Shown here one piece after another: positions 37,146-49,962 of a stretch of 64,000 bases of DNA. Source of the DNA: Octopus sinensis (lineage: Eukaryota). The notes beneath the pieces are model-generated. The model saw nothing but the letters and a program-made list of their open reading frames with translations. It was not told where the DNA came from and did no database searches. Each line of letters opens with the position of its first letter. The stretch's first letter is position 1. The position numbers and the translations under genes are program-made. The DNA lies in NCBI RefSeq assembly GCF_006345805.1, contig NC_042997.1:162750001-162814000 (forward strand), read 5' to 3'.

Positions 37146-37703
37146 CATAAATTACTGTCGCCAACACCATCTGCATTTGTTTGTGCCCTTTTGACCAGTA
37201 TTGCTACTTATCACTTTATCCGTGTAACGTCAAACAAAAATATTAACCTTGTTCTCATTTAGTACAACCAAATATCGTTTATCATAAAGATAATAGCGAT
37301 GTCTGGATTCTTTTTCGAAACTGCTCTTCAATACAGGCCAGAAGTTTAACACTAAAATGATTCAATTAAGAAATAATATCAGATGTTTGATGGACTTTTC
37401 GCTCAACCTCGTCCGTCTGGAAATGTCAATAAGCAGATGAGAGCGGCAATAAACTTATTGACTGCAACGGCATTACTAACACAACACAGAGTTGGCAGTG
37501 TTAACAAACCCGAGGCGACTTCAGATTCATTGAGAAGTGCTGACACAGCAGCCATTCAATGGAAATTGACTGGGTCAATATTTGAGGAGCGGGAGTTAAT
37601 TTAATTATAATGGGCCGTGACACTTTTTCTTTCTCCACCCATTATCGTAGAAAATGCGCATTGTTCATCGTCGTCGTCGTCATCGTCGATGTTGTTGTTG
37701 TTG

Positions 37704-37742
<39 letters not shown>

Positions 37743-37924
37743 TATTATTATTATTATTATTATTATTGTTATTGTTATTATTATTCGTTCACAACTTTGA
37801 TTACATTTCCTAATCTAACTGGTTCCCGTCTCCTTTATTGAATGCAGATTCGCTGAGATGCGAAATATGGCTAATAATGACAGGCCGTAAGGTTTTATGT
37901 AGATGGAAAATAAAGGAAAATAAA

Positions 37925-38005
37925 TATGCAAAGGAAGAAAGAAAGAAAGAAAGGAAGAAAGAAAGAAAGGAAGAAAGAAAGAAAGGAGAGAGAAAGAAAG
38001 GAGGA

Positions 38006-38037
<32 letters not shown>

Positions 38038-38662
38038 AGGAAAGAAAGAAAGAAAGAAACAAGGAAAGAAAGAAAGAAAGACGAGAGAAAGAAAGGAGGA
38101 AAGAAAGAAAGAAAGGAGGAAAGAAAGAAAGAAAGACAGAAAACAAGGAAAGAAAGAAAGAGAGAAAGAAAGAAGGAAAGAAAGAAAGAAACAAGGAAAG
38201 AAAGAAACAAGGAAAGAAAGAAAGACGAGAGAAAGAAAGGAGGAAAGAAAGAAAGAAGGAAAGAAAGAAAGAAAGAAAAAAAGAAAGAAGGAAAGAAAAA
38301 GAGAAAGAAAGAGAGAAAGAAGGAAAGAAAGAAAGAAAGAAACAAGGAAAGAAAGAAAGAGAGAAAGAAAGAAGGAAAGAAAGAAAGAAACAAGGAAAGA
38401 AAGAAAGAAATACGAGAGAAAGAAAGGAGGAAAGAAAGAAAGAAGGAAATAAATAAAGAAAGAAGGAAATAAAGAAAGAAAGAAACAAGGAAAGAAAGAG
38501 AGAAAGAAAGAGAGAAAGAAGGAAAGAAATAAAGAAAGAAAGAAGAGAGAAAGAAAGAAAGCAGAAAGAAAGAAGGATAAAGGAAGGAAGGAAGAAAGAA
38601 GCAAATAAAGAAAGAAATAAAAAAGAAAGAAAGAAAGAAAGGAAGAAAGAAAGAAAGAATGA
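37925..38662. repeat. ~740-bp purine-rich (GAAA)n-based complex repeat
   Basis: Almost exclusively A/G on the + strand, with recurring acaaggaaag and acgagagaaag variants. Confidence 0.95.
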
Positions 38663-39368
38663 AAAGGCAAGCGATGACTTTTCAAGGCAAAGAGTGATTT
38701 GAAGAGATTGTTTTGAGGGGAATTGTCTTTGAGGTTCTCACTAGTCACTGAAATAAAGAAATAACTGTTAAAATAATAGAAATGTGTGTTTCTACTTTGA
38801 AAGGTTTGAGTTTAACTAAAAGAAAAAGAAAATAATAAAAATGAAAATAAAAATCTTCAAGCGATTACTATTTCTATAAGATCAGACCTGATGTCCTTCA
38901 AAAATGAATGAATGAATAAGATAAAATAAAATAAAATAAAATAAAATGAATAAATAAATAGTCGTCGGCATCATCTCCATTTGTTTGTTGGGACTTTAAA
39001 ATTTTTAATTTTTTTAAGCTTCTTAATGCAAAGTAAAATAAAGAAACAGTAAGAATTATTTTATCAAATCATGATGATGATCAACATCATCATCATTATC
39101 ATCATCATCCTGTCGTACAAGTTCCAACGTCTTTTAACAGCAACAAATCAACAACGACGACTAAATGGAAAGTCGGCCAGCTAGCAATAGCAGCCAAATC
39201 CTCAAATCACACCTACCGTTTTAAAAATAACAGGGTTAAATGTTTTGTCCTAGATGGAATGGTCCTGCGTGCGTTGAAGGCATTTGATCATAGGTATACT
39301 GGTTCAGCGTTGATTTAGGTTTTTACAACAACAACAACAACAACAGTTGTAGCAGCAGCAGCAGCAGC

Positions 39369-39409
<41 letters not shown>

Positions 39410-40799
39410 AATATTGTCCACCGAACAGTTTAATGACTTTTATTTGTCTTTTATATTTTTACTTGTTTCCCAGAGTGGACTGCGGCTATGCTGGGGAATC
39501 GTTTTGAAGGACTTAATCGAACAAATTGACCCCTGTACTTACTTTTAAAGCTTAGTACTTATCATATCACTGCCTTTTGCCAGTTATGGGGACATAAACA
39601 AACCAAAACTGGTTATCAAGTTGTGGTACGGAATCCAAATTCACAACACACATGTACGTATCCTTATGCGTACACTGTCATGTAAGCTTTTTGTGTGATA
39701 TTTTTTGTATTGTATACAGGGTTAGCAAGGACCCATCTATGCAATAAATGTATCTTTTAGGTGTTTTATAATTTGGGGCCCGTCTCAGTGTTCCTTTTGA
39801 CCTCCGTTTGGTCGTTCATCAGATCCATCTAGGTCGTGGTTCAGAAATACCATTAATATCAAGAATTCCAAAACGAGAGTTTTTTGGTGAAAGACTTTCA
39901 GTTCTTACTGTGTGTGTGTTTGCGTGCATGTGTGTGTGTGTGTGTGTGTGTACGTGTGGTGTGTGTGTGTGTGTGTGTGTTTGTGTGTACGTGTGTGTGT
40001 GTGTGTGTGTGTGTATGAATATTAGGTTGAGTAAAAAGTAAGCAACGTTTGAACCATGAAGTATTTGTACCGGATTTTTGCAGTACTCCAGCTCCGTTTG
40101 TCTCCTCGCTTGACTCATGATTTTAAGGTTAGATATCCTCTTCCATATGCTCTGCATTGGTCAGAAGAGCATAGAGCCTCTCACTCTTTGGCCAGGGCTT
40201 CCTCCAACTCTTCTTTCGTGTTTACATGGAAATCCTCCCCATTGTTTGAAAACCGAAGCACGTCACATTTCTCTCCGTACTTTCTTGGGTAAATTTTTTG
40301 TGCAAGGAATCCTCGTCTATTCTTTCACCTATTGAACTAATATTCCCCACACTCTTCTGTTTTGTGTTTTATTTTTGTTGTACAACAGTACATTAAAACT
40401 TGAATTTTTTGTTTGTCTGTTTAATGATTTTCATAGTTTATTTCTTGCTTTCCACTTGATAATAATTTAAAAGTGAGTATGTTTATGTTTATGTTTATGT
40501 TACTGAGGTCATTGCTACCAGACGTCTCTTCCGTCAACTGTAGATGCCATTTTGAACAATAAACAATACAAATGGCAATTTGTCAAAAATATCTAATCAG
40601 TTTAAAAAGCTTATAGACAGAGCTTTCTTCTACCTGTGGTGATAGTGAACTTTCTGTTGCTTGAAGGTCCTCCATCATCACAGGTAGGAGTCTTTTTGTT
40701 TTTTGTAAAGCAATCCGGTTAAAAATTAGTTTTTTGATCTCAGAAATCTCCATAAAGAAAACAATGCTACATTTATAACAAATGGTAGTTTGCAATTTT

Positions 40800-40985
40800 A
40801 GCACAGGGCCAGTAGTTCTGAGGCCAGGAGTCAAGTCAATTACATCGGCCGCAGTATTTGACTAGCGTTTTATTTTATCGACCCCGAAAAGCCAGGTTGA
40901 GGCCAGCAGGATTTGGGTTCAGATTTGAGCCCAACGAAATGCCACTACGCCTTTTGTCTGAGGTAATAATGATTCTGCCTTGTTC
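40800..40985 (-). mobile_element. SINE family M, old copy
   Basis: ttttattttatcgaccccgaaa on the + strand is the antisense central domain. Confidence 0.65.
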
Positions 40986-41014
40986 CCGACTTAACAACAA
41001 CAACAACAACAATA

Positions 41015-42352
41015 ATGTGCGGAATTATCTACCTAAAAGGAGGCAAGGCACAGTCCCTAGCAGGGATAGAATTACCGAATAGAGACTTGGTTAAACAAAT
41101 TGAAACTGAAGGATACTTGGTGTACTGGAGTCCAACGAGATAATGGAAAAGGAAATGAAAGAGCAACTGAAGATGGAATATTTCCGAAGACTAAGGTAGT
41201 GTTGCGCTCAAAATTGACGGGATGGAATAAAATCCAAACAGTTAATACGTGGGCGATAGCATCACTTCGCTATGGAGCGGGAAATATAAAATGACAAAAG
41301 AGAGAAGTGAAGAAAATGGATATCAAGACCAGAAAAATGTTGATAGTACACGGAGCCTTCTACCCTAAGAGTGACACCGATAAGCTGTACTTGTCTAGAA
41401 GAAAGGGTGGGAGATGTTTGATCAGTTGCCAAGGCTGTATCGAAGCAGAGGAAAACAGCTTAGTGTGGTGTATAAAAAAACGCCATGGAGCTACTGTTGA
41501 AACACACGAAAGAAAAACTTAAACAAGAAATGAACAAGAAATTTAAACAGGAAAAGAAAATGTATTGTCAGTTTGCAAGAGATGTGAACGTCAAGACAGA
41601 TACAGAGGACCGGTGGCTATGGATGAGAAGGAGTGACCTGAAGATAGGGACAGCTCAGGAACAAGCGTTAAGGACCAACTATATGAAGTGCAGAATAGAC
41701 TATATTACCGATAGCAACAAATTCAGAATGTGTGGTGAGTGTGGTGAAACGGTATGACACATCATTAGCGAATGCCCGAAATTGGCACAACGCAAATACA
41801 AAAGACACTATGATAATGTAGCAAGAATAATCCACTAGGAGCTCTATGGAAATCATGGCCTACAAAGAACAAAGACGTGGTATCAGAAAACTCCAGAAGG
41901 AGTCACCGAAAATGAGAATTGCAAAATCCTATGGGATGCAATGATTCAGTGCGATCACCTGACCAGACGTCGGAAACCGGACATTGTCATGGTGAATAAA
42001 AAAGAAAGAACATGTATGATAATCGACATAGGATCAATGACAACAGGATCAATGTGAAAGAAAAAAAATAAATAAACAACTAATACGAAGTTTGTGGTCA
42101 ATGAAGAGAGTAGACGTGATATCTATAGTAATCGGTGTACTTGGAAGCATCAGCACTCGACTACCAGCATGGGTGAAAAAGATTGGTGCAATGTAAAGGT
42201 AAAACACCTACAAAGCATTGCTTAGAACTGCAAGAATTCTTCGCAGTGTTCTTGAAGCATGACCAGTAAACAAGTGTCAACTTAGTCTGCTGGTTGTGGA
42301 CAGCTGACACTTTCCATCATACCCAGCAAAATAAGCTGAAAGTTTTCATCAA
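41015..42352 (+). mobile_element. RLE-type (R4/Dong-like) LINE, 5'-truncated, decayed (copy 1)
   Basis: NKIQTVNTWAIASLRYG, FYPKSDTDKLYLSRRKGGR, AQEQALRTN, RMCGECGETV*HIISEC, ILWD..IQCD..RKPDIV. (TAA)n tail. Confidence 0.9.
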
Positions 42353-42425
<73 letters not shown>

Positions 42426-42541
42426 AAAGAAGAAGAACAAGAACAAGAACAAGAAGAACAAGAACAAGAACAAGAAGAACAAGAACAAGAAGAACAAGAA
42501 GAACAAGAAGAAGAAGAACAACAACAACAACAACAACAATA

Positions 42542-43870
42542 ATGTGCGGAATTATCTACCTAAAAGGAGGCAAGGCACAGTCCCTAGCAGGGATAGAATT
42601 ACCGAATAGAGACTTGGTTAAACAAATTGAAACTGAAGGATACTTGGTGTACTGGAGTCCAACGAGATAATGGAAAAGGAAATGAAAGAGCAACTGAAGA
42701 TGGAATATTTCCGAAGACTAAGGTAGTGTTGCGCTCAAAATTGACGGGATGGAATAAAATCCAAACAGTTAATACGTGGGCGATAGCATCACTTCGCTAT
42801 GGAGCGGGAAATATAAAATGACAAAAGAGAGAAGTGAAGAAAATGGATATCAAGACCAGAAAAATGTTGATAGTACACGGAGCCTTCTACCCTAAGAGTG
42901 ACACCGATAGCTGTACTTGTCTAGAAGAAAGGGTGGGAGATGTTTGATCAGTTGCCAAGGCTGTATCGAAGCAGAGGAAAACAGCTTAGTGTGGTGTATA
43001 AAAAAACGCCATGGAGCTACTGTTGAAACACACGAAAGAAAAACTTAAACAAGAAATGAACAAGAAATTTAAACAGGAAAAGAAAATGTATTGTCAGTTT
43101 GCAAGAGATGTGAACGTCAAGACAGATACAGAGGACCGGTGGCTATGGATGAGAAGGAGTGACCTGAAGATAGGGACAGCTCAGGAACAAGCGTTAAGGA
43201 CCAACTATATGAAGTGCAGAATAGACTATATTACCGATAGCAACAAATTCAGAATGTGTGGTGAGTGTGGTGAAACGGTATGACACATCATTAGCGAATG
43301 CCCGAAATTGGCACAACGCAAATACAAAAGACACTATGATAATGTAGCAAGAATAATCCACTAGGAGCTCTATGGAAATCATGGCCTACAAAGAACAAAG
43401 ACGTGGTATCAGAAAACTCCAGAAGGAGTCACCGAAAATGAGAATTGCAAAATCCTATGGATGCAATGATTCAGTGCGATCACCTGACCAGACGTCGGAA
43501 ACCGGACATTGTCATGGTGAATAAAAAAGAAAGAACATGTATGATAATCGACATAGGATCAATGACAACAGGATCAATGTGAAAGAAAAAAAAAATAAAC
43601 AACTAATACGAAGTTTGTGGTCAATGAAGAGAGTAGACGTGATATCTATAGTAATCGGTGTACTTGGAAGCATCAGCACTCGACTACCAGCATGGGTGAA
43701 AAAGATCGGTGCAATAAAACACCTACAAAGCATTGCTTAGAACTGCAAGAATTCTTCGCAGTGTTCTTGAAGCATGACCAGTAAACAAGTGTCAACTTAG
43801 TCTGCTGGTTGTGGACAGCTGACACTTTCCATCATACCCAGCAAAATAAGCTGAAAGTTTTCATCAAATA
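42542..43870 (+). mobile_element. RLE-type LINE, tandem duplicate (copy 2)
   Basis: Near-identical to 41015-42352 at offset 1527, with the same inactivating lesions. Confidence 0.9.
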
Positions 43871-43903
43871 GTAATAATGATAATAATAATAATAATAATA
43901 ATA

Positions 43904-43958
<55 letters not shown>

Positions 43959-44104
43959 AAAGAAGAAGAAGAAGAACAAGAACAAGAAGAACAAGAACAA
44001 GAACAAGAAGAAGAACAAGAACAAGAAGAACAAGAAGAACAAGAAGAAGAAGAAGAACAACAACAACAATAACAACAACAATAACAACAACAACAATAAT
44101 AATA

Positions 44105-44715
44105 ACCAAAGAGCTGAGAAGAAAAAAGAAGACCTTGAAATGAGAATGCATGGACAGTTTGAAAGGAATACACAAGACGTTAAGGATAACACAGCATTGT
44201 GGGCATGGCTTGAGCGAGGTGATTTGAAGCGTACCACTGAAAGCCTGATCATTGTTGCACAAGACTAGGCTCTTGCTACCAATACAGTGAAGTATAACAT
44301 CTATAAAACTTCTGACACCCAGAAATGCAGACTCTGTGGAAAGAGCATGGAAAATATGACCCACTTGGTAAGTGGATGTGAGAGCCTTGCACAAAAAGAA
44401 TACAAGCGCTTCCACGATAAAGTGTGCGTATCTTCATTGGCTCTTATGCCGTAAATACCAATATGAAGTAACAGAGAACTGGTATGAACATGTACCAAGT
44501 AAAGTTATGCAGAAGGATGGAAAAGTAACGATATTCTGGGATTATGATTTTCAGACGGATCATGTAATCGAACACCGTCGACCGGATATTGTCATATTGA
44601 GTAAGAGAGACAAATACTGTCAGATCATTGATGTAGCCATACCAAATGACATGAATGTTGTGAGTAAAGAGGTTGAAAAAATCACCAAGTACTCCGAATT
44701 AAAAGTGGAAATGTT
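44105..44715 (+). mobile_element. RLE-type LINE fragment, different subfamily
   Basis: WLERGDLKRTTESLII, CRLCGK..ENMTHLVSGC, IFWDYDFQTD..RRPDIV..IIDVAIP and KITKYSELK. Confidence 0.85.
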
Positions 44716-46269
44716 TGTTGGCTTGTTTGTTGTCTTATGTCAAACAATAGCTACTGCGTGTCGAATGTAGAATAGAAATGAAATGGTACAAAAATCTCTG
44801 AAAACGACAAAGCAAATGTATTCTGGAATATGTTCATCAATACAGATAATGAGATGGACTGATCTACTGGATAGTGTTACCAAGGACTACCCATGTTGGA
44901 AAGTACCTCCTAAACGTAGTAGCTGTTAGACGCACAATATTTTCTTTTTGATGATTTATTCCAGGGGAAGGGATTATGTTTAGGGGAGAGGCCTGGTCGA
45001 TTACTTCGACCTCAGGCTCTTCGAGAAATCGTATCTCTAAAAGATATGAAGAAATAATTCAAATATAAGGACATGGAAATAGAGATAACTAGAATGTGGG
45101 TAGAATGAACAGAAATATTCCTTAATAGTAATAGATGAGAATAATTAAAACAATGCAGAAAAACAGATAAGTATATACTTGAAACCTCAAGAGTTACAAA
45201 TAAAAGTAACATAAACAACAGCACTGCTGGACACCACACAGGTTGTGTAGAATATTTTCCTTGCAATATATAATATAATATACAAAATAACAAACTCCTG
45301 AACAAAACCAAGTTACTCAACAATGCATGCGCCTATCAGCCGCTTCTCATCCACTAAGAATTCAGATATATTCTGTAAAATATTTTGTATTAGCTAAACT
45401 AAGAAGTTTATAAAAACTTTTGTAAATAAGTTTATCTTCTCTGCTAACCAAAGTTTCCAAGGTAGACATTTGCAAAATTTACTTAATTGTTATTAATCAT
45501 TATAACTTTATTTAATATCCTTCTCACATAATTATTTCTAGCTGACTTTCAGAGCTTAGGTCGTTATTATCAGTGATTGGAGTAACCTTCTATAATCACG
45601 CTGTAGATATCCAACGGCCATTAGCGGACAGTTAAATGACCAATGGCTTGTTTATGACCTTTCTCAACTGATTAAACACTATCGTTTGTTACCGTTGGTG
45701 AAAATCATCACCTAATTAGTCTGTAAGGTGAACACAGCCAATCATAGAACTAACCATGCAGACAGTAGACGAAATATGTGAAGGTTGGATGAGTGAAGAA
45801 AACTAGCCAGGAGTCAAAAACCACACACCCCATACACACACATACGTGCATGCTAGCTATATATACATATATGCATAAATATATGCATATAGACGTACAT
45901 ATAAGGCAGATGCATATACACTTACATAGGCCTGTAACCTATAATTCAAATACTAACACACATACACACACACAAACACAAACTCGCGTGATATAAATAC
46001 AAATATAGATACGTACGCATGCGTTGACACATAAATATCTCCCACACATGTATACGCTTATGTGTATACGTGAGTCTGTCTTTCTGCGTATTAGGTTGCT
46101 TGAGTCGTAACACGCACGCACGCACGCACACACACACACACAACACACACACACACACACACACACCACACACACACACACACACACGCATGCACATGCG
46201 CTAGCACGCTCGTGTGTGTGTGATATTACGTGTGCGCATGCACCACTCGTTGCTTGAAACTCAGAATTT

Positions 46270-46790
46270 ATTAGATCAATAAACCGGTAGTATTACAAGA
46301 GAGAGGGAAGAAGCCATGATACGGTAAGTGGTGCGATCTCAACAGGTCATTATACGTCTGACTGACTGCTTGAAATATCTCGACGGCTAAAACATCTTCA
46401 GGGCCCAATACTAAATACTGAAGTAGGCGAGTAGTAAATTTTGCCTTGTCTGTAGCTATGAGATTGTTTCTCTGATGAGGAGCATCCATGAAGCCTCTGG
46501 CTCTCGTCCATTACGGACAATCATAGTTTAATCTGCTCTTCTTCAAACAGTTGCACTACCCAAGTTATCCAAATGACAATGAGACGAGACTACTGTTCAT
46601 GCCGACATGGATGAAATCGTTCCGACATTTGTATGTGTTGTGTCTTCCGGCATAATCGTCAGGAATCTCTCAATTTGATTGTCACTAATCAGTATACAAT
46701 TGTTTTGTATTTCTATCACCATTTTATTCCGCCCAGATGGACTGATAAAATTAAGGGAAAATACATGAAAGACAATGAAAGCACAACTCT
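46270..46790 (-). mobile_element. Possible decayed Penelope-like element 3' end (GIY-YIG remnant plus hammerhead-like motif)
   Basis: Minus strand IVY...YAG spacing (frameshifted), RNGREPEASWMLLI resembling the PLE endonuclease C-terminus, then CTGAAGA(46401-46395)..GTC-GAGATATT. Confidence 0.4.
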
Positions 46791-47084
46791 TGTAAAATGG
46801 CAGAAATCTTTGTTTTTGTTTTATAACTACAGCAATCAACACATTCTAATCAGTGTATTTGGTTTCTTTTCGCTTCCAGTATTTTATCTACAGGGTAAAA
46901 TGCTTGTGGAAATGTATTTATATTTCTACGAATCACTGAGAATATGTGTCCGTGTATTTACATCAGGTTTTTATTTATTTACTTGTATTTTTATACGTGT
47001 TTACATGTGAGTTTTTAGCATATACGTATATATTGTACGCAAAAACCTATTACTCAGACACACACGCACGCGTACACACACATG

Positions 47085-48990
47085 CATAAATGAATCCCCG
47101 CGTTACGAAAGCAGTGTGTTCCTGAAAAAGGTACTGCTACGCGAAATCCTGTAATATGGAATAATTTCTTCCATTGCTTTTCATATTATAAAGTGATAAT
47201 ACATTCTGGCAGATATTTTCTGAAAAATAAGTCCAACACAACAATTTTTATGCATGAAAATAAAAATTTTTCAATACACAATACAGTATGTAAACGTTAA
47301 AAAACATTTGAAGAGAAATATGTTAAGAAATAAATATAAATCATAATATAGCAGCCTGGTACGTTCTTCCCATGAAAGTTGTCGACTACTGTGTGAGGAG
47401 TAGTGATGATGGAATAAGAATTACTGGGAAGATGAGGGACACTATCTTCTAGCTTATGGTTCATCATCATCAAAATCTGCTTGAGGGGAGAAGTCGTCCA
47501 AAATAGCTTGAAATTTATGATGCATTATTTCTTTGTACTGATCAGCGTAGCAACTGAGCAAATGGTAAACTCCTATCGTAATTTTTATGTTACATTCATG
47601 ATTAGGGTTGTTAGCGAAATCTTGCAGAACCTTCTTCTATAAGTGCCAAATTTAGCAATGTTCTTTGCAGTCAATTTAAGTGGAGTTGTTAAAATTTTCG
47701 TATTTTCGCCTGTATTTTCAGCTTTATTTTTGTTTGACAGCGTTAGCTCCTCGTTAGATAACATTCTTCAAGAGGTAACTAAACTACACTATCCTTTATG
47801 ACTTCTTGATATCCTACATCATTTGCAAGTGTCACAATATCTTCGAATTTGATAGTCTTTCTTCTAGGGGTAAGCTTGTAAACTCATGGATACAGTATGG
47901 CCACATATTCTTCCAAGCACCACTCAAAGTTGACTGTTACCTTCCATACCTATTTCTTTACTACCCACAAGGGGCTAAACACAGAGGGGACAAACAAGGA
48001 CAGACACACGGATTAAGCCGATTACATCGACTCCAGTGCGTAACTGGTACTTATTTAATCGACCCCGAAAGGATGAAAGGCAAAGTCGACCTCGGCGGAA
48101 TTTGAACTCAGAACGTAGCAGCAGACGAAATACCGCTAAGCATTTCGTCCGGTGTGCTAACGATTTTGCCAGCTCGCTGCCTTGTTTCCTTTCATACCAT
48201 GACTTAGCTATGCTGTCCACAACATGCATTATGGAGAACTTCTTCCAGAAGTTTCTAACTATAAATTCATCCTTCTTGTCAATTGCTTTTATATGTTATT
48301 TGAAAGTTCGTCTCAATCTACTTTGAATTTAGCCATACATCTTGAACATTTAGTTAGAAAAAAGAAGTTGTATTCTTGGGGATATACTGATCTTTCATTG
48401 CCAGAAAGATGTTCTAAGTTCACTGGGTTGATTGGTGCTATATCTAAAACGAGCAATGCTTTGTTAAAAATATTGTTTGGTACTGTGCAGGGCAAAAATG
48501 TTTGTAAATCACTCTTCCAAAAAGTTATAAGTCTTCTATCCATTCCTAATTTAACCGCCAAATTAGTGGAAAATTAAACTTAAGGTAACCCTTGAAAGTA
48601 ATACTGGTGTAGAGGCTTTAATTTTATATCACCGGCGGTATATTCTTGCAGAATAAGTGTCAGAGGATTTTTGGAAGTTTTAAATCCTGGCATTGGTTTC
48701 TGTTCTCGAGAAATAAAAATTCTAGCAGGCTTGAACTAGAGAAGTGCAGTTTTATCAATAGCTCTAGACTGTAGCCCCACCCTAGCACTCATAAAATTTT
48801 TCTTCAGCTGCTCAGATAATTACTAGCAGCCTCTGTATCAGTACTGACAGCTTAACTAGTCATTTTTATGTTGTGCAGATTCAAGCACTTCTTAAACTTT
48901 CAAGCCAGATTTTAGAGTCAGAAAAGGTTTTACATTGGAAGTTTCACTTTCTTTTTCCGCAAATTGCCATACAAACTACGATGTTTTAAT
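47085..48990 (-). mobile_element. Tigger/pogo transposase remnant interrupted by a SINE
   Basis: SREQKPMPGFKTSK, FLP..KALLVLDIAPINP (DDE_1 LDNAP.HP region), CYADQYKE..AILDDF. TIR-like end aatccccgcgttacg at ~47093. Confidence 0.75.
47950..48182 (-). mobile_element. SINE family M, young full-length
   Basis: Reverse complement of the 58061-58291 consensus. Confidence 0.9.
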
Positions 48991-49199
48991 TATCAACATA
49001 CTTATTCTTACAGCGTGTCGAGTCTGATCCTCAATCCATATACCCACGAGTGTGTGTACGTGCTTGTTCTGTGTGTGTATGTGTGTGGCGATTTGGTATG
49101 ATTCGAAAGCTCCAACATTGCAAGGAAACGCAATGTGACCAGCAGTGTATAACAATATCCGATAGTCTAGTCGATACTGTGATAGACACACTGACAAAA

Positions 49200-49352
49200 A
49201 TAAAACACACACACACATACGACGGATTTCCATACAGTTTTAGCTCGGGCTATAGTAGGAGACACATGCCAAAGGTGCTTCGCAGTCGGATTGAACCCGA
49301 GACCACATGGTTGCAAAACGATCTTCTTAACCACATGGCCATGCCTGCGCCT
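49200..49352 (-). mobile_element. SINE family K head fragment
   Basis: gggctatagtaggagacacatgccaaaggtgc..accacatggttg. Confidence 0.7.
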
Positions 49353-49707
49353 ATATATAAAACTATTTTATTTTTATACATTCAACCATTAAAAGAAAAT
49401 GAACCCCTACTGAAAAGAATAATAATAATAAAAAGCTTGAGAACAGCTGTTATTATTTAACATAAATGTACTTATGAACAGAGGTGTCCCAGCTATGACT
49501 CGTCCATTTAATTTCAGACATTGTATCTTGATCAATATTATTCGATATCCGTTCCTGTTTACGACGGCAAGGTGTGATTTGGAAGACATTTGACTGTTAT
49601 TTATAGCAGACCAAGCAACCACTAAGAGGATCTCTGAGTCCTGATATTCTTGTAGTTACCATCGTTACTGTTGCTACTGGTGCTGCTACTGAAACTACAG
49701 CCGCTGA

Positions 49708-49741
49708 AAATGATGATGATGATGATGATGATGACGACGAC

Positions 49742-49795
<54 letters not shown>

Positions 49796-49813
49796 GGTGG
49801 TGATGATGATGAA

Positions 49814-49856
<43 letters not shown>

Positions 49857-49871
49857 GTGATGGTGATGGTG

Positions 49872-49943
<72 letters not shown>

Positions 49944-49962
49944 GTGATGACGATGATGATTC
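49708..49962. repeat. (GAT)n/(GGT)n microsatellite
   Basis: Directly visible. Confidence 0.95.

Noticed and set aside
36541-37176. 211-aa acidic E/D-rich ORF on the minus strand
   Set aside because: Entirely a 12-nt tandem plus (ACT)n. Several frames on both strands are open, and no non-repetitive coding flank or convincing splice sites were found.
37383-37604. 73-aa ORF MFDGLFAQPRPSG..
   Set aside because: Weak acceptor, no recognisable domain, and a length compatible with chance.
40090-40360. Possible Tx1-like ORF1 remnant on the minus strand
   Set aside because: Interrupted by stops with no diagnostic motif, so it is too weak to annotate.
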